From: the human T2T-CHM13v2.0 reference genome, Homo sapiens
DNA length: 64,000 nucleotides
NCBI RefSeq assembly: GCF_009914755.1
Contig: NC_060934.1
Direction: 5' to 3' (one strand)
This document shows, in pieces, positions 23,031 to 39,545 of this stretch (positions are counted from its first letter, which is position 1; every line of letters starts with the position of its first letter). A model generated the notes under the pieces. The model was not told the origin of the DNA. It did no database searches and was given only the letters and a program-made list of their open reading frames with translations. Made by a program: the position numbers and the translations under genes.

Positions 23031-24289
23031 TCTTACTTCCTGAGGCCCACAGCTTCCTACAAAACCAATGTCCAGGCAGCAAACTGGCTGCAGATTTCTT
23101 TTCCCTCCAGCCACTGGTTTCCAATCTCAGGACTCTGGGGAGGGGTAGCTGTGGAGGATCTCTCAGGTCGCCCCTCCAGCAGCCTGAGTCGGCCAGGGCT
23201 GCCTTTCTCAGTCATGGACTCCTGAGGATCTTAGGAAAGCTAGGAGCCCTCTCTTTAAAATCTGTGCAGGAGATTTCAGGGATTTCCCTTTTCCCTGAAA
23301 GTCTGACAGCCCCAGGATGGAGGTTTGGTGACCATCATTTTTGAGCCAAAAATGATGACTCGTAGCCTGCCTTATGATATGAGACACAGAGAAAAGGACA
23401 AAGAAAATGCTTATAATCTGGACCACATGGCCACTGCATGAAGGATAGAGCCATGCAGGGAGCTCACCCTCTCTCCAGTGAAGGCTGTCTCCAACCTCAC
23501 CCATAGCTCTGAGGCTTCCTGGGCACGGAAGTGATGCCGGTGCATATTTGAGCAGCCTCAATCTTGAGAATGTTCAGGAAAAGTATTGAGAGTCCCTACC
23601 TGGGGACAGGGACAGGGCAGGAACAGGGACACTTTCCTGGGAACTTGGAAGGTTTGAGATGCTGCCATGAGGGCCTATTGTCATTGTCATGAAAAAGATA
23701 ATAACTACGGTGACAATGATGGGGAGGAAAGAGAAGGAGGTAGGGAAGAAGGAGGAATCAGAGCCGGCAGTGGGCACCTGCAGAAGGGAATTTTCTGGAG
23801 ACAGTTTGGAGCTAGATTATGCAAGGGAGTGGGGTCAGGAGGTCTTGAATGCTACTCTGAGAAGCCTGGGTTTTGGAAGCCCCTGGAAGTTTTGGAGAGA
23901 GGACTCAAGGGCATAATGTAGCAGAAAGATAATCTGGCAGCATCCAGAGACCAAATGTGATATAAGTTGGAAATGGAGTGCTGCGCACATGAGACTCTGT
24001 TAAGAGCAGCCAGGCAGGACTCGGTGCCTCAGCGGGATTGAGAAGGATGCAGGTGGAGGTGGGCACCCTCAGGGGCCGGCCGTGTGCTGCAGTTACCAGG
24101 ATCATAGCTGCCTTCCTTCAGGCTTTAGGCACCCTGCATAACAGCTTACCAAGCAACTAATTCCCAAAATTGTATAGGGAGCACATTATTATTCGTGTTT
24201 TATAGATGAGTTAGCTGAGGTAAGAAGAATTTAGCATCAATTTCCTGCACCCAGCAGCTCAATAACATGGTACTTAGCAGACCAGGATC

Positions 24290-24443
24290 TGAGATTGAAG
24301 ATCACCCCTGTAATTCCTTGCTGTGTGATCCTGGGCAATTTGCTCCACCCCTCTAAGCCTCCATCTGTAAAGATCAAATTGAAATAACATGTGAAATGCT
24401 CAGCAAGTGCCAAGTATACAATAACCACTCAAGAACTATTGCT
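24290..24443 (+). mobile_element. MIR fragment (host of the Alu monomer)
   Basis: GCTGTGTGATCCTGGGCAATTTGCTC...CATGTGAAATGCTCAGCAAGTGCC; its (TAT)-rich tail resumes at ~24960. Confidence 0.6.
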
Positions 24444-24955
24444 TAGCCTGGTATGGTGGTGCACACCTGTAGTCTCAGCTACTCGGGAGGCTGAGGTGGG
24501 AGGATTGCTTAACTCCAAAACACTGAGACTACAGCGAGCTGAGATCGCATCACTGCATTCCAGCCTGGGTGACAGAGTGAGGCTGTATTAGTCCATTTTC
24601 ATGCTGCTGATAAAGACATACCCAAGACTGGGCAATTTACAAAAGAAAGGGGTTTATTGGATTTACAGTTCCACATGGCTGGGGAGGCCTCACAATCACG
24701 GCAGAAGGTGAAAGGCACATCTCACATGGCAGCAGACAAGAGTAGAGACCTCGTGCCGGGAAAGTTCCATTTTTAAAACCATCAGATCTCATGAGACTTT
24801 TTCACTATCATGAGAACAGCATGGAAAAGATCCACCCTCCATCATTCAATTATCTCCCACTGGGTCCCTCCCACAACACATGGAAATTCAAGATGAGATT
24901 TGGGTGGGGACACAGCCAAACCATATGAGATGCCCTGTCTCAAAAAAAAAAAAAA
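24444..24955 (+). mobile_element. Alu right monomer (FRAM or truncated AluJ) interrupted by a THE1 LTR
   Basis: Alu right arm 24444-24583, resuming CCTGTCTC(A)n at 24934-24955; TSD AACTATTGCT at 24434-24443 and 24954-24963. Confidence 0.85.
24584..24928 (-). mobile_element. THE1 (B/C-like) solo LTR
   Basis: TGTATTAGTCCATTTTCATGCTGCTGATAAAGACATACCC...GAGATTTGGGTGGGGACACAGCCAAACCATAT; 5-bp TSD GAGGC/GATGC. Confidence 0.92.
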
Positions 24956-26149
24956 CTATTGCTATTGTTATTATTGTTATCATTAATATTATTCATGCTG
25001 AATGGACACTACCCAAGACCAATGTCAGAACTCCCACTGTCACTTCCTAGCTGGGTGTCCTTTAGAAATACTTGGGCCCTCTGAGTCAGTATCCTCCCAA
25101 TGAATGGAAGGTAACCCCACCCCACCTTGCAGTTACCAAGGATAACATTCAGAGATCACTGAAAGAGAGGGCCCTTTAGTCTAGCTCCCAAAGATGAACT
25201 TGTAAAGCTAAATCTAGTTTAACGTGTAACTCCTGATTTCCCAGCAGCAGTAGCATGTGGCTGCTTCCGCCCCACAACGGAATTGGAAGCAAATTCTTCA
25301 AACAACTTTCCCGTTTGCTCTGCAGCCGGGAGACAACGAATACCACTTAAATAGACTGTGCCAGGCCTCAGGATTTTGCTGGGTGCCAACCTTCCTCCAT
25401 CAGGACTCAATTCTGTTTAAGCTGATGCAGATTGCAGACTTTAAATAGAAATGATAAATTATTGACTATCATGGTGATTGATTCTCAGACTGTCTGCTGA
25501 CCACCAAATTGCTCCGATTGTCTCCCGAATGAAAATTCCATAAGTCATTAGCATGAGCCTGCACCAACATCCGTCACGTTAATGATGCGGCTGCAATCAC
25601 TCCTTGACACTAATTACCTTTTCTGACTAATTTTGAATGCGGAATTTTGCTAATGACTGAGACCCACTGTAAAAGGCCCCATTTTCTCCAAGTGTTCCAT
25701 AATCTATGGTACCTTCATGCTCATATCACAGTTATTAACACTGCACCCGATCCTGCCTGCTCCTATGTCGGCAGCCTTTAAATAGAGAGCACTTTATTCC
25801 AGGCTCCTTGACATAAACATAGTTTTATCTGGAGAATTCCCCAAAAGTGAGTTTCTGGAGAGGCAGGGTCTGCATGGATAGATTTCTAACTTGTAGAAAC
25901 AATCATGAAAAATGTGTAAGCCATAGATCTTTCATGGCTACGGGGAGGGATGGACAGCATGGCCTACCCACCATGTGCTAGCTCTGCGCCTGGATTTTTC
26001 ACACACACTGGTGTATATGGTCCTTGCTATGACCCCGTGAGACAGCTGTTATCAGCTCATTTTACAGATGAAGTAACTGGGACCTGGAGATTTTAAGTGA
26101 CCACCCCAAGACACACAGCTTGTAAACAGTGATTACAAGAGACTGGAGT

Positions 26150-26696
26150 TGTGGCAGGCAGTGTTGGCTATCAGCGATCCCCACCTCCAAGTAGAATCCC
26201 TTCCCCATGAGTGTGGCCAAGACTTGGTGACACTTTCTGATGAATAGAATGTGGCGAGAGTAATGGGCCATCATTTCTGAGATTGAGTCCCAGAAGACTG
26301 CTGTCCATCTTGCTCCCTTTTCCTCTGTCCACATGCTCAATCCCTCTGAAGGAAATCATGTTGTGAGCTGCCCCATGGAGAGCACTGTGTGGCAAGAACT
26401 GAGGGTGGTCTCTGGCTAACAGCCACTGAGAAACTGAGGTTTTTACTACAACAGCCTGTGTGAAACCAAATCCTGCTGACAACCACATGAGTGGCCTTGG
26501 AATAGGATCCTCCCTGGCAGAGTCTTCAGATGAGACCACAGCCCCAGCCAACATCTTGGTTCCAACCTTCTGAGAGGCCCTGAGTCAGAGAACCCTGGTT
26601 CTTGACCCATAGCAACTGTGAGGTAATAAATGTGTGTGATTTTATGCACCTAGGTTTTGGGATAATTTGTTTTTATAGCAAAAGATAACTAAAATA
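26150..26696 (+). mobile_element. MLT1F/E-like solo LTR inside an antisense MIR
   Basis: TGTGGCAGGCAG...TCAGATGAGACCACAGCCCCAGCCAACA...AACTGTGAGGTAATAAATGTG...GATAACTAA; MIR core CATTTTACAGATGAAGTAACTG lies just upstream. Confidence 0.8.
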
Positions 26697-26799
26697 AGGA
26701 TCAAACGTAGTTGGAATGATACCAAAGCCCTTGTTTGCTTCCCTCTATACATTTTCTTAAATCACAGCAATAATATTATATGAATATATAACAACCATC

Positions 26800-27270
26800 C
26801 GTATTGATTTTTTTGTTCAGAATTCTAACATAAGTAATTAAAATTAGAAGCCCATCTTAGCTTGCCCTCAACCATCTACTTCTCCCCCAGAGGAAGCACT
26901 CTTTACAGTTTTGTGTATCTTCTCTGATCTTTCCTATATATCTAGATACACATACATAATTTTATTAAAACATAAACAGGGTTCTCCTATGCATATTTTT
27001 CTGTGATTCACTTTTTTTACTTAATGATGTATCCTGAACATCTCTCCAAGTTGGTACATAAAAAGCTCTTCCTCATTCTTTTCAATGACTGCAGAACCTT
27101 CAGGAGGATGGATTTGCTATCATTTCTTTAAACACCCTCCCTACCGATGGACATTTGTTTCCAACAAACTGCAACAAATATCCTTATACATAAATCTTTG
27201 TGCGTGTGTATAAGAATTTCTGCAAAAGAGATTCCTAAAAATGGAATTGCTAGGTCCCAAGATACATGTT
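26800..27270 (-). mobile_element. L1ME fragment
   Basis: TCCCCCAGAGGAAGCACT...GATGGACATTTG...ATTCCTAAAAATGGAATTGCTAGGTC. Confidence 0.6.
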
Positions 27271-28487
27271 TTTTAAAGTTTGGGTCATTTCTTATGCATC
27301 ACATTGCATCCTCAAATGAAAAATAAAACTAAAAAGTCACCAGGTCTCATCATTGCTCCAAGATAAATGGTATACATGCTCTGTGAATCTCAGATAGTGC
27401 GCCCACGGGAGGTCAAGGGACAAAGGCTGGGCATCCCAAGCCTTGCAGGCAACAAAATTCACAGGGCCAGCCCTCTTTCTCTCTTTAGATAGCTTAGAGC
27501 ATCCTGAAAATTATCTTTCCTTTTGATATTTTTTGGGGGGCGGTGGTAAAACAAACAGAATCCAAAAGGTGGAAGAGGAAGAGACCTACATCATGGCAAC
27601 CAGACTTCAGGTCCAGCTGTTCTGACTTGATATAGAGCCTGGGCCAAGTCATTGTCCCTGCCTAGCCTCAGTTTAGCAACTCATTGAGGGGTTGGACAAG
27701 ATGGCCTCCAGGCCCCTCCTACATGAGGTTATAGACTCGGTTCAGGAAAGTCGTGAAGAATTGCCCTTCTCTATCACTGGCCATGGGGCCATGTGCAAGT
27801 CTCTTATCCCCTCAGGCAGGGAGATTAAAAAACAGCTATTTGAGAGGTATATATTTAATCCACACATTTATTAGGCAACTGGTGAGCGAGGCACCAGAGT
27901 TGCAGAGATGGGTATACGTGATCCCCATCCCTAAAATGCTCAGAGGCCAGGGAAAAGGTCAGGTTCTAGCAGCAGGAGCCTGGGAGGCCAGTGCTGTTCT
28001 CCATCAAAGCAAGGTACAGAGGGTGTGGGGTTGGGCGCAAAGGCATTGAGCTCTTTGCTAAATCCCCTGCACTGGCACACAGCCAAACAGAAGGAAATGG
28101 CATTGTTTTATCCAGTTCTCTGGTGCCTTCCATTTGAATGTGCAATCAGGATGACTTTGTTGTTAATTCTTGAAGAGAAGTCCTAGAGAACCTGCAGAAG
28201 GGGACATTGTCAAATCCACTCAAAATCTTCAGCCTAAAAGATGAGAGTCAAGAGCAGGTGTGGTCTCCGGGAAAATGACTCCAGTTGATTTTCTGTTCTA
28301 AGCAAAATGGAGATATTTCCCAATGAAGTTTCAAATGCAAAAATCTTAGCAGCAACAAAATCATGAAAACAGCATTCCACATAATGGAAATGTAGAATCT
28401 TGAGATTTGTTTAAGCTTTGCAGAAAGTGGCCTGAAGTTGAAGCACAACAAATATTCAACCAGTGAATTCGGTGTCTCCAGATTTGC

Positions 28488-28630
28488 CCTACTCAAAGTG
28501 TGGTCTACAGCTCAGCTACATCAGCACCACTTGGGAGCTTGTTAGAAATACCATCAGGCCCCACCTCGGACCTACAGTATCAGAATCTGCATTTTAACAA
28601 GATGCCCAGATGGTTTGTATTAAGGTTCTG
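28488..28630. mobile_element. MER5A-like hAT (Charlie) MITE
   Basis: CTACTCAAAGTGTGGTC...GGGAGCTTGTTAGAAAT...TCAGAATCTGCATTTTAACAAGATGCCCAG. Confidence 0.8.
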
Positions 28631-29168
28631 GTCATCAGGGTCCTGGGTGACCCAGGTAGAAACTTTTGCCAGATTCAGCCAGGCTTTACACCCTTGGAGA
28701 ACTAGTAATCTGTGATTACTCTTTGGAAGTTAGTGACAAGCACTGGTCCTGATACCTCTGGACTCAGCTACCAGGCATTCTGGGACCTCAGGTGAGGACT
28801 GACCAGTGGTAAAGAGAATGCTGGCAGCAGGCCCAGCCACAGAGGAGGGCACAGAGAGACAGTCTTCCACATATAAAGGGTCATGGCAAGCTCAGGCTTG
28901 GTTTGGGCTGGCATTGATTCGGATTGAGCTTCCACACTCTGGGAGGAGGCCCAGTGCAGGTCTGGCTGTTGTTTGTTGGAACACCTTCATTTCTCACTCA
29001 CTGTTACTTCAAATCCCTATGCTCAGCCACGTGAAGACCCACAGGGCACCAAAGCAATGAGGAGGAGAGCACGTTAGCTCGTATTCCAAGGTCAGAAGCC
29101 CATGAAGCCAAACTGACACCAGCTACAACCAACAGGAAGCCCAGTTAAGACTGAAAATACAAACTCCC

Positions 29169-29551
<383 letters not shown>

Positions 29552-30738
29552 TTACTGGAGAACAGGCACCCTAGAGGCCCAACAAACTTTCAAACAGGAA
29601 GCATGCTTAAATCTGCAGTTGTCATTCATTCCTCCAGTTCCACAACTATTTACTGAACAGTGGAAGAAATCATAATAACGGAGGTGGCTGTAGTTGCTAC
29701 CATGCACTGAGCATTTGCTGTGAGTTACCTCCCAGCTCTCCTAGTGGCCTCTTAAATTTTGAGGGTAGGGTATTGGGTCTAAAATCTCCCACTCACCTCC
29801 TCTGGTTCCTGCCAAAAACAACACACATGAGGAATCACTGGCAAGGATTCTCATTGCCAAATGTGAAATACAGTATGCATCTTCTCCACAGCTAGGCAAG
29901 CACCCAGCAGTCCCTGGTGCAAAGCTTCTTGGGAAAGCTGAGCTAACGCATGGGCTTGAGGCCTGGAAGAGGATTCCTGCAATGCACTCCCTCCTGTGGA
30001 GAGTGGTTCAGTGGAACAGATGCTGAGTCCACGCATCCACCCAGGCCCATGAACAAGGATGGCTGGGTCGCCAACAATCCTGGCTGCAGGTGAAGCTGAG
30101 CATGTCTGTAAACATGTATCACCTTTTGAGAAAATGACTGTGTCTGCTAGTAAAACATGACCCAGAGAAGGCCAGACTCTTCCAACCAATTCAGAACCTT
30201 CTCCCTTTGTGGGAAAGAAGGAATCTGGCTGGGTAGAAAGGCCAGAATCCTTCCCGTGTGGCCCCATCTCTATGAGCAAGACTGAGATATGTTGGGGATT
30301 ACAGATGCCCTAGAAGATGGTGCCAAGACTAAGCATGGGACACCCTAGTGAGCAAGATGGACCTACTCACCTCCCAGAACCTACTGTGTGTTAGCAGACA
30401 AATGCAGCTCAGGTTGGCAACAAAGCTTCCCCAAGGGTCTATGGAAATTTGAGCAGCATGAACAGAGGTTGGCGGGACAAGCACAGGCGTGACAGCCACA
30501 CTCTGTGGGCTCTTCTCAAGTTATTCTGGGAGGACAAAGCTCTGGTGAGGTGTTGATCAGGCCCCACTGATATTAGGGTCTTTCCTGAGGTCCGGGACTG
30601 CAAGTAGAGACAAACTTATGTTTAGCTTTGCCTGCAAGAAAAAAGACACAGGAAGCACTGGGCATTTCTACAAACATGGGGAGATCTGTCCTGGGGGAGG
30701 AGGGGAGCCGGGAGCCATGGAATGAAATCCCGAAACAC

Positions 30739-31198
30739 TGTATGAGTTTCTTGTGGCTGCTGTAACAAATACCACACACTTGGTGGCTTAAAACAACACC
30801 AATGTATTTTCTCACAGTTCTGGAGGTCAGAAGGCTGAAATCTGGAGGTCACTGAGCCAAAATCGCAGTGTCATCAGGGCTGTACGCCCTCCAGAGGCTC
30901 TAGGGGAGAAAAATTCCTAGCCTCTTCCAGCTTCTAGTGCTGCAGCCATCCAGGGCCTGTGGCTGCATGGCTCCAGCCTCTGCCTCTGTGGCCACAGTGC
31001 CTTCTCCTCTTCTGTCTTCAAACCTCCCTCTGTCTCTCACAAGGACACACTCAAATAATCTAGGATAACCTCCCCCAGCTAAATGAGATGATTAACCTAA
31101 TCACATCTGCAAAGACTCTTTTCCCAAATAAGGTAACATTTATAGGTTCCCGGGACGAGGACCTGATATCTTTGAGGGGCCATATACAGCCTACCACA
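30739..31198 (-). mobile_element. MLT1C-like solo LTR
   Basis: TGTATGAGTTTC...GTAACAAATACCACACACTTGGTGGCTTAAAACAAC...ATCACATCTGCAAAGACTCTTTTCCCAAATAAGGTAACATT...CCTACCACA; flanks AACAC/GACAC. Confidence 0.85.
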
Positions 31199-31274
31199 GA
31201 CACCAGTTTGGGATCTTGAGAAAGTGCTTTCCTGCAACCTGGACTGTCCAAGGTCAGAATGGACTACTCCCCAG

Positions 31275-31752
31275 CAGTGGGCCCTGCAACAGGTGCACTC
31301 AGCCACCCCCTTGGGTCCCTTCAGCATTCTTCTCTGGATGCCAAATGCTGCTTACTGCAAACCTACGACTCTCTGCCTGAGGACTTCTTGCTGCTATAAG
31401 AGCTCGCTTAGCTCATGGACTGTATGTGCCAGAAGGGCTAAAGAATAAGTCTCCAGAGGCAGCCCTCAAGCCACAAATGATGAGACATGGAGGATCAATA
31501 CCCCAGATTCCACGCCTTTCAGGTGTGGTAACTCTGAGCTGGGTTCCATATTGATGCTCAGAGCTCTTCAGTGTGAGCTCCAGTTGCCCACAGCTAGAAT
31601 ATGGCTTGATAATACACCTTTTGCTGACTTATTTACCTTTCCTCGCTCACCTCCCTACTGAAGTTACCTAAGAGCACCTCCTTAAAAAAAAAAAATAAAA
31701 AAAAAAAAGCTACTTACAAGGGTCTTCTCTCAGGGGATCCCAATTCAAGACA
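31275..31752 (+). mobile_element. ERVL 5' LTR (LTR16-like)
   Basis: GACTCTCTGCCTGAGGAC, GCAGCCCTCAAGCC, CTCCAGTTGCCCACAG; ends CTCAGGGGATCCCAATTCAAGACA directly before the internal region; 5' boundary approximate. Confidence 0.65.
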
Positions 31753-34294
<2,542 letters not shown>

Positions 34295-34320
34295 TGTAGC
34301 AGATGCTTTTGGTGTCCCCA

Positions 34321-35184
34321 AAGAAATAGAACTAATTAGAGATATAAACATCTATACATTGACAGAGAGAGAGAGATTGTAGCAAAACCACCATGATGAT
34401 AATGTTTGACTCCTGCAGACCAAGGTGTTCCACAGCAAGGCCTTTAAACAATGCCCATAGCATAGATAGCCGCTCATAAAGATACCGTCTAACCTCCCCA
34501 GTGGACAAGAGTTTTGCAAGAAAGTCTGAGGCATGACCAGCTGCACATGTTTTACCCTAAAAGCTTGCTATAGGAGGGATATTTTCTGGAGGGTGGGTGC
34601 AGGAATCCACTGTCTCTCAGCCATCTGAGACATCACTTCTGTTCATAAGGCCCTATTAAATGTTTCTTTCTGAGAAATTGGATTTGTCAGCCTCTTTCTT
34701 CAGCCTCTCAGCTCCCTTGGCCTTTGGGGATAGGTTTGCATAGACCTGCTCACCATGGCACAGAGATTTATTTTAAGGAATTGGCCCATATGCTTGTGGG
34801 GGTTGGCAAGTACAAAATTTATAGGATAGGCCAGCAGGCTGGAATCTTGGGCAGGTGTACTGATGGTGCGAACTTCCAAATGCATTGGAAGTATGGAGTC
34901 TGAAACCTGCAGGGCAGGCCAACAGACTGCAAGGTCAGGCAGGAGTTAATGCTTCAATCTTGTGGCCAAATTTCTTCTTCAGGTAACCTCAGGTTTTGCT
35001 CTTAAGGCCCTCTGCTGATTGGATGAGATCCACCCACATTATCAAGTATAATTTCCTTTACTTAAAGCCAACTGATTGTATGTGTTAACTACATCTACCA
35101 AATACCTTCGCAGAAACGCCTAGATTAGTGTTTAATAACCTGGTGCCGTTCCCTGGTGAAGCTGACACATGAAACTAACCATAA
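34321..35184 (-). mobile_element. MLT2 (C/D-like) ERVL LTR, interrupted
   Basis: AGAAATAGAACTAAT..(GA)n | GAGATTTATTTTAAGGAATTGGC...CTGATTGGATGAG...CCTAGATTAGTGTTT...CTGACACATGAAACTAACCAT. Confidence 0.8.
34378..34762 (+). mobile_element. Solo LTR (LTR47-like; family tentative)
   Basis: 385 bp TG...CA element with a perfect 5-bp TSD GAGAT (34373-34377, 34763-34767) and ATTAAA near its 3' part. Confidence 0.75.
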
Positions 35185-35277
35185 TGGACCCTGCCCTCCA
35201 CCCTCCATGTCTGTGGCATTCACGTCTACCTCTACATGTCAACAGTTGCTAACCTCAGACACTTGGGATGTTCTGCC

Positions 35278-35633
35278 TGCATTAGTCAGCTCCAGCTGCC
35301 AGAACAAAATACCGCAGACTGGGTGGCTAAGATGATAAATATTTATTTCTCACCATTCTAGAGGCTAGGGAGTCCAACGTCATGGTACCAGCCAATTTGG
35401 TTCCCGGCAAGGGCCCATTTCCCGGTTCACAAATGACACCTTTCTGTGTCCTCACATGCTAGAGAGAGAGCAAGAGGGCTCTCCCATCTCTTTTTGTGAG
35501 GTCACTAATCCCGGGACAAGGGTTCCACCCTCATGACCTAATCACCCCAAAGTCCCCACCCCCTAATACCATCACCCTGGGATCAGGCCTTCAACATATG
35601 AATGTGGGGGGTATGCAAACACGCAGTTTATAA
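35278..35633 (-). mobile_element. MLT1A0-like solo LTR
   Basis: AACAAAATACCGCAGACTGGGTGGCT...CCCTCATGACCTAATCACCCC...CTTCAACATATGAAT. Confidence 0.8.
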
Positions 35634-35655
35634 TCCTTCCTTCCTCTGCCTTTCT

Positions 35656-36554
<899 letters not shown>

Positions 36555-36669
36555 TCATTTCACAGGGCAAGAGGGTGAGCTTTGGAGAGGGGGACACCGG
36601 GCCCCAGATGTCCTTAGCTCCTGGCCAGCACCAGTTGGTCTCACCTGCCTGGCTATTCATTCCAGAGTG

Positions 36670-36890
36670 GATGCACAATGGCAGGAGTTCTGGTCTCTGG
36701 TCCAGTACTTACGATGCAGCCCCAGGTGGGTGACAACTTCTTGGAGCCTTAGTTTTTGCATCATCAATGTGAGAATAGTAACAGTTCCTCTTTCATAGAA
36801 TTGTAGGGAGGATTAATACATGGGACTCATCTATGAAAAGGCCTCCACATGGTGCCTGAGGCAAGGAAGTGCTCAAATAAATGTTAGACA
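36670..36890 (+). mobile_element. MIR
   Basis: GAGAATAGTAACAGTTCCTCTTTCATAGAATTGTAGGGAGGATTAA...GTGCTCAAATAAATGTTAG. Confidence 0.65.
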
Positions 36891-38289
36891 TTCCTTAAGG
36901 ATTGATGTAACACGCCACAGAGAACTTCAAAAATACTACCAGGAACCATGATTTTAATTTATAAGGCTTTCTAACCCACAAATACAGCTAGTCTCTTCCC
37001 CCCATAAAATTCATACAATTTTCTGAAAATTTCAAGATTGATGGTACCCTTGATCAAAGTGTCACCCAAGGCAGCCATCAAAATCCAGCCCATCCTGTCT
37101 ATTTCAACCTGGGCTGATAGCCGGCAGCAAGATCATGTGATTTGTTGGCAAGGGCCCTGGAGGGTCCATAAAGCAGGGGAGGCTGGGCAGAAAGATCTGT
37201 TTAATTCCCACTTTCCAAGGGGTTGTTATTCAACTCACCCTCCTCCCTTCCATCCAAGAGTAAATCAAAAGCTGCCATCATTGGCTTCCATAGATCAGCG
37301 GCCGGCACTCTGCACCCGCCCTCACCTCTGTCCCATGGTACTCCACACCCAGGAAGCAGCAGGCAAGTTTAATTAGTCCTCGAAGCTGTTCCTCGTTAAC
37401 AATCCATCCCCTCCTGGTTCCCAAACACCTTGAGATCTGTCTCCATTAAAGTCTGGGAGGAATGACCCCAGTTTGAGGTTCACGCTCATTAGTTGCTGAG
37501 ACCAGCTGGTGGTGAGCTGCTGGCTGTGAGATGAGACCTGTGGTTGGCTGTGAAATTAATGAATTTTTCTTCCTTAACCTCCTGAGCCTGCATAGTCTAC
37601 CCCCGGCCAGTAAACAATCAAAGGCCCAAAGGACACGTTATTGCAATAAACACCCAGGGTGTTCTAGTTAATAAAGTATCATGAATTCTGCATTTTATTC
37701 AGAGGAACACATTTTTAAAAATACACTGAACAATAAAGCGACACAGAACAGAACTGTATCTTTCTGGAGAAGTCCGGAGGCTAAGCTGTACATCTCAGGG
37801 CCTCAGCAGCGAAATCCTCAATTGAGTCCAGGCAGAGCAGGAAGAGGAGGGTTAACCAGGACTGCTGAGATTGAGGGTGCTACAGCACTGCACTGGCTGA
37901 ACACACTCTCCAGTTGTTTTGTAACTGGTGGGCATAGCCAAGTTTCCCCAGACAGCACAAAGCCCCCAGTCTGCAGAGAGAGACCATGGGTGGCGTAGGG
38001 GTTCTCAGAGTGGCCCCCGCGCTGGTGACTTCAGTGGGAGCTTTGTCTGAGATGGGGGGACATGAGGCCAACCCAACCGGGCTAATGGAGGCCAAGAGAA
38101 GAACAAGAAGGAAATTCATTTATTAAGGACCAGTTCGCACTGTAAGACATTAATCCTTCCCTTTTTAAATTCATTCCTTACCTGACTTCCCTAATAAAGA
38201 TAAAGTGTTCACTTCCTTGGGTACTTAATCTATGTCAGACCCTAGGGTAAGCATTTTACATATTTCTTCCCCAAAGCCTCATGGCGAGC

Positions 38290-39088
38290 CCTGTGGATTT
38301 GCTGCCTGGAAGGCATCCACAACCGCCTTCCCTGGCCTTCCTCTGCTAAAGACTCTAAGGGGTCCATTGTCCAGATGTTGTTGAAATTGGGGTGATCATC
38401 CATCATGATTCTGGCCAAGAAGATGTAAGCCAAAGGCCCTAGGGAAGTCCCCCCTCCTTCCTGAGCAGAGTTGCTTATTCTTCTTTCTAACTGGAACATA
38501 GATGAGATGCTGGAAGTAGAGCAGTCATTTTGAGGCCATGAGGCAGCATGAGGACAGACCCAACATGCTAAAAATGGTGGACGGGGAAAAGACAGAAGGA
38601 GTCTGAGCCCTGTGGGGAAGACCTGATGGGCCATTGCAAGAACCCCAGACCTGCTGCTCTGGATTTCTCGCTAGGTGAATGTTTTAAAATAAACTTCACA
38701 CCTATGCCAGCTGAGTGTTCTGTTACCCCTAGTGAAAAGCAGTTTTTGTTTTTGTTTTTTTGGGTTTTTTTTCTTTTTTTTTTTTTGAGATGGAGTCTCT
38801 CTCTGTCACCCAGTGGAGTGCAGTGACATGATCCCAGCTTACGGCAATCTCCACCTTCCGCGCTCAAGTGATTCTTCGACCTCAGCCTCCCAAGCAGCCG
38901 GGACTGAGGCACACGCCACCACACTCGGCTAATTTTTGTATTTTTAGTAGAGATGGGGTTTCGCCATGTTGGCCAAGCTGATCTCAAACTCCCGGCCTCA
39001 AGTGATCCACTTGCCTCGGCCTCCCAAAGTGCTGGGATTACAGGCGTGAGCCACCAAGCCCATGTGAAAAGCATTTCTAACCAATACA
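38290..39088 (+). mobile_element. Old MLT1 (J/K-like) LTR, interrupted by Alu
   Basis: TGGAACATAGATGAGATGCTGGAAG...CATTTTGAGGCCATGAG...; ends TCTAACCAATACA after the Alu. Confidence 0.55.
38743..39061 (-). mobile_element. AluJ-like
   Basis: Antisense Alu dimer with GCTCAAGTGAT/CCTCAAGTGATCC; TSD GTGAAAAGCA at 38732-38741 and 39064-39073. Confidence 0.9.
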
Positions 39089-39344
39089 TTCCCACTCTCT
39101 AGATGCGGCAAGTCAAATCGGTGGGGTGACTGCTGAAGGCCACCTGGGAGCGAGCGGTAGGACTAGGATTCACTGTGACTGTGCACTTCTTGTCACTCGG
39201 TCCTCCCTGCCATCATCCAGTGCCCCAGCAAGGAATCACATGCATACAATTTGCAAGTGTTTTTGATTGTCACATATCTCGAATGCATTAACTCAGAAAC
39301 AAGGCTCGAACAATCCATGTATATAACTGACAGCTATAATTAAA

Positions 39345-39545
39345 GCTATTGATAATATTAATCTTAATAATAGCTAACCTATCTCATTTAACCTGACAAC
39401 AACCCTATGAGGTCATTGCTTCTCACCAGGGGAAACTGAGGCACAGAGTGGGTAAGTAACTTTCCCAAGATCTCACAGCCAGTGAATAAGCCGAGTTTCA
39501 AACCCAGGCTGCCTGGCCCCGAGGCCCCCATGCTAACCACTGCCA
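39345..39545 (-). mobile_element. MIR
   Basis: ACAACCCTATGAGG...GGGAAACTGAGGCACAGAG...CCCAAGATCTCACAGC...TTCAAACCCAGG. Confidence 0.8.

Noticed and set aside
38568-39095. 175-aa ORF, and similar ORFs at 29145-29536 and 35602-36038
   Set aside because: These are Alu translations ([23 protein letters not shown]).
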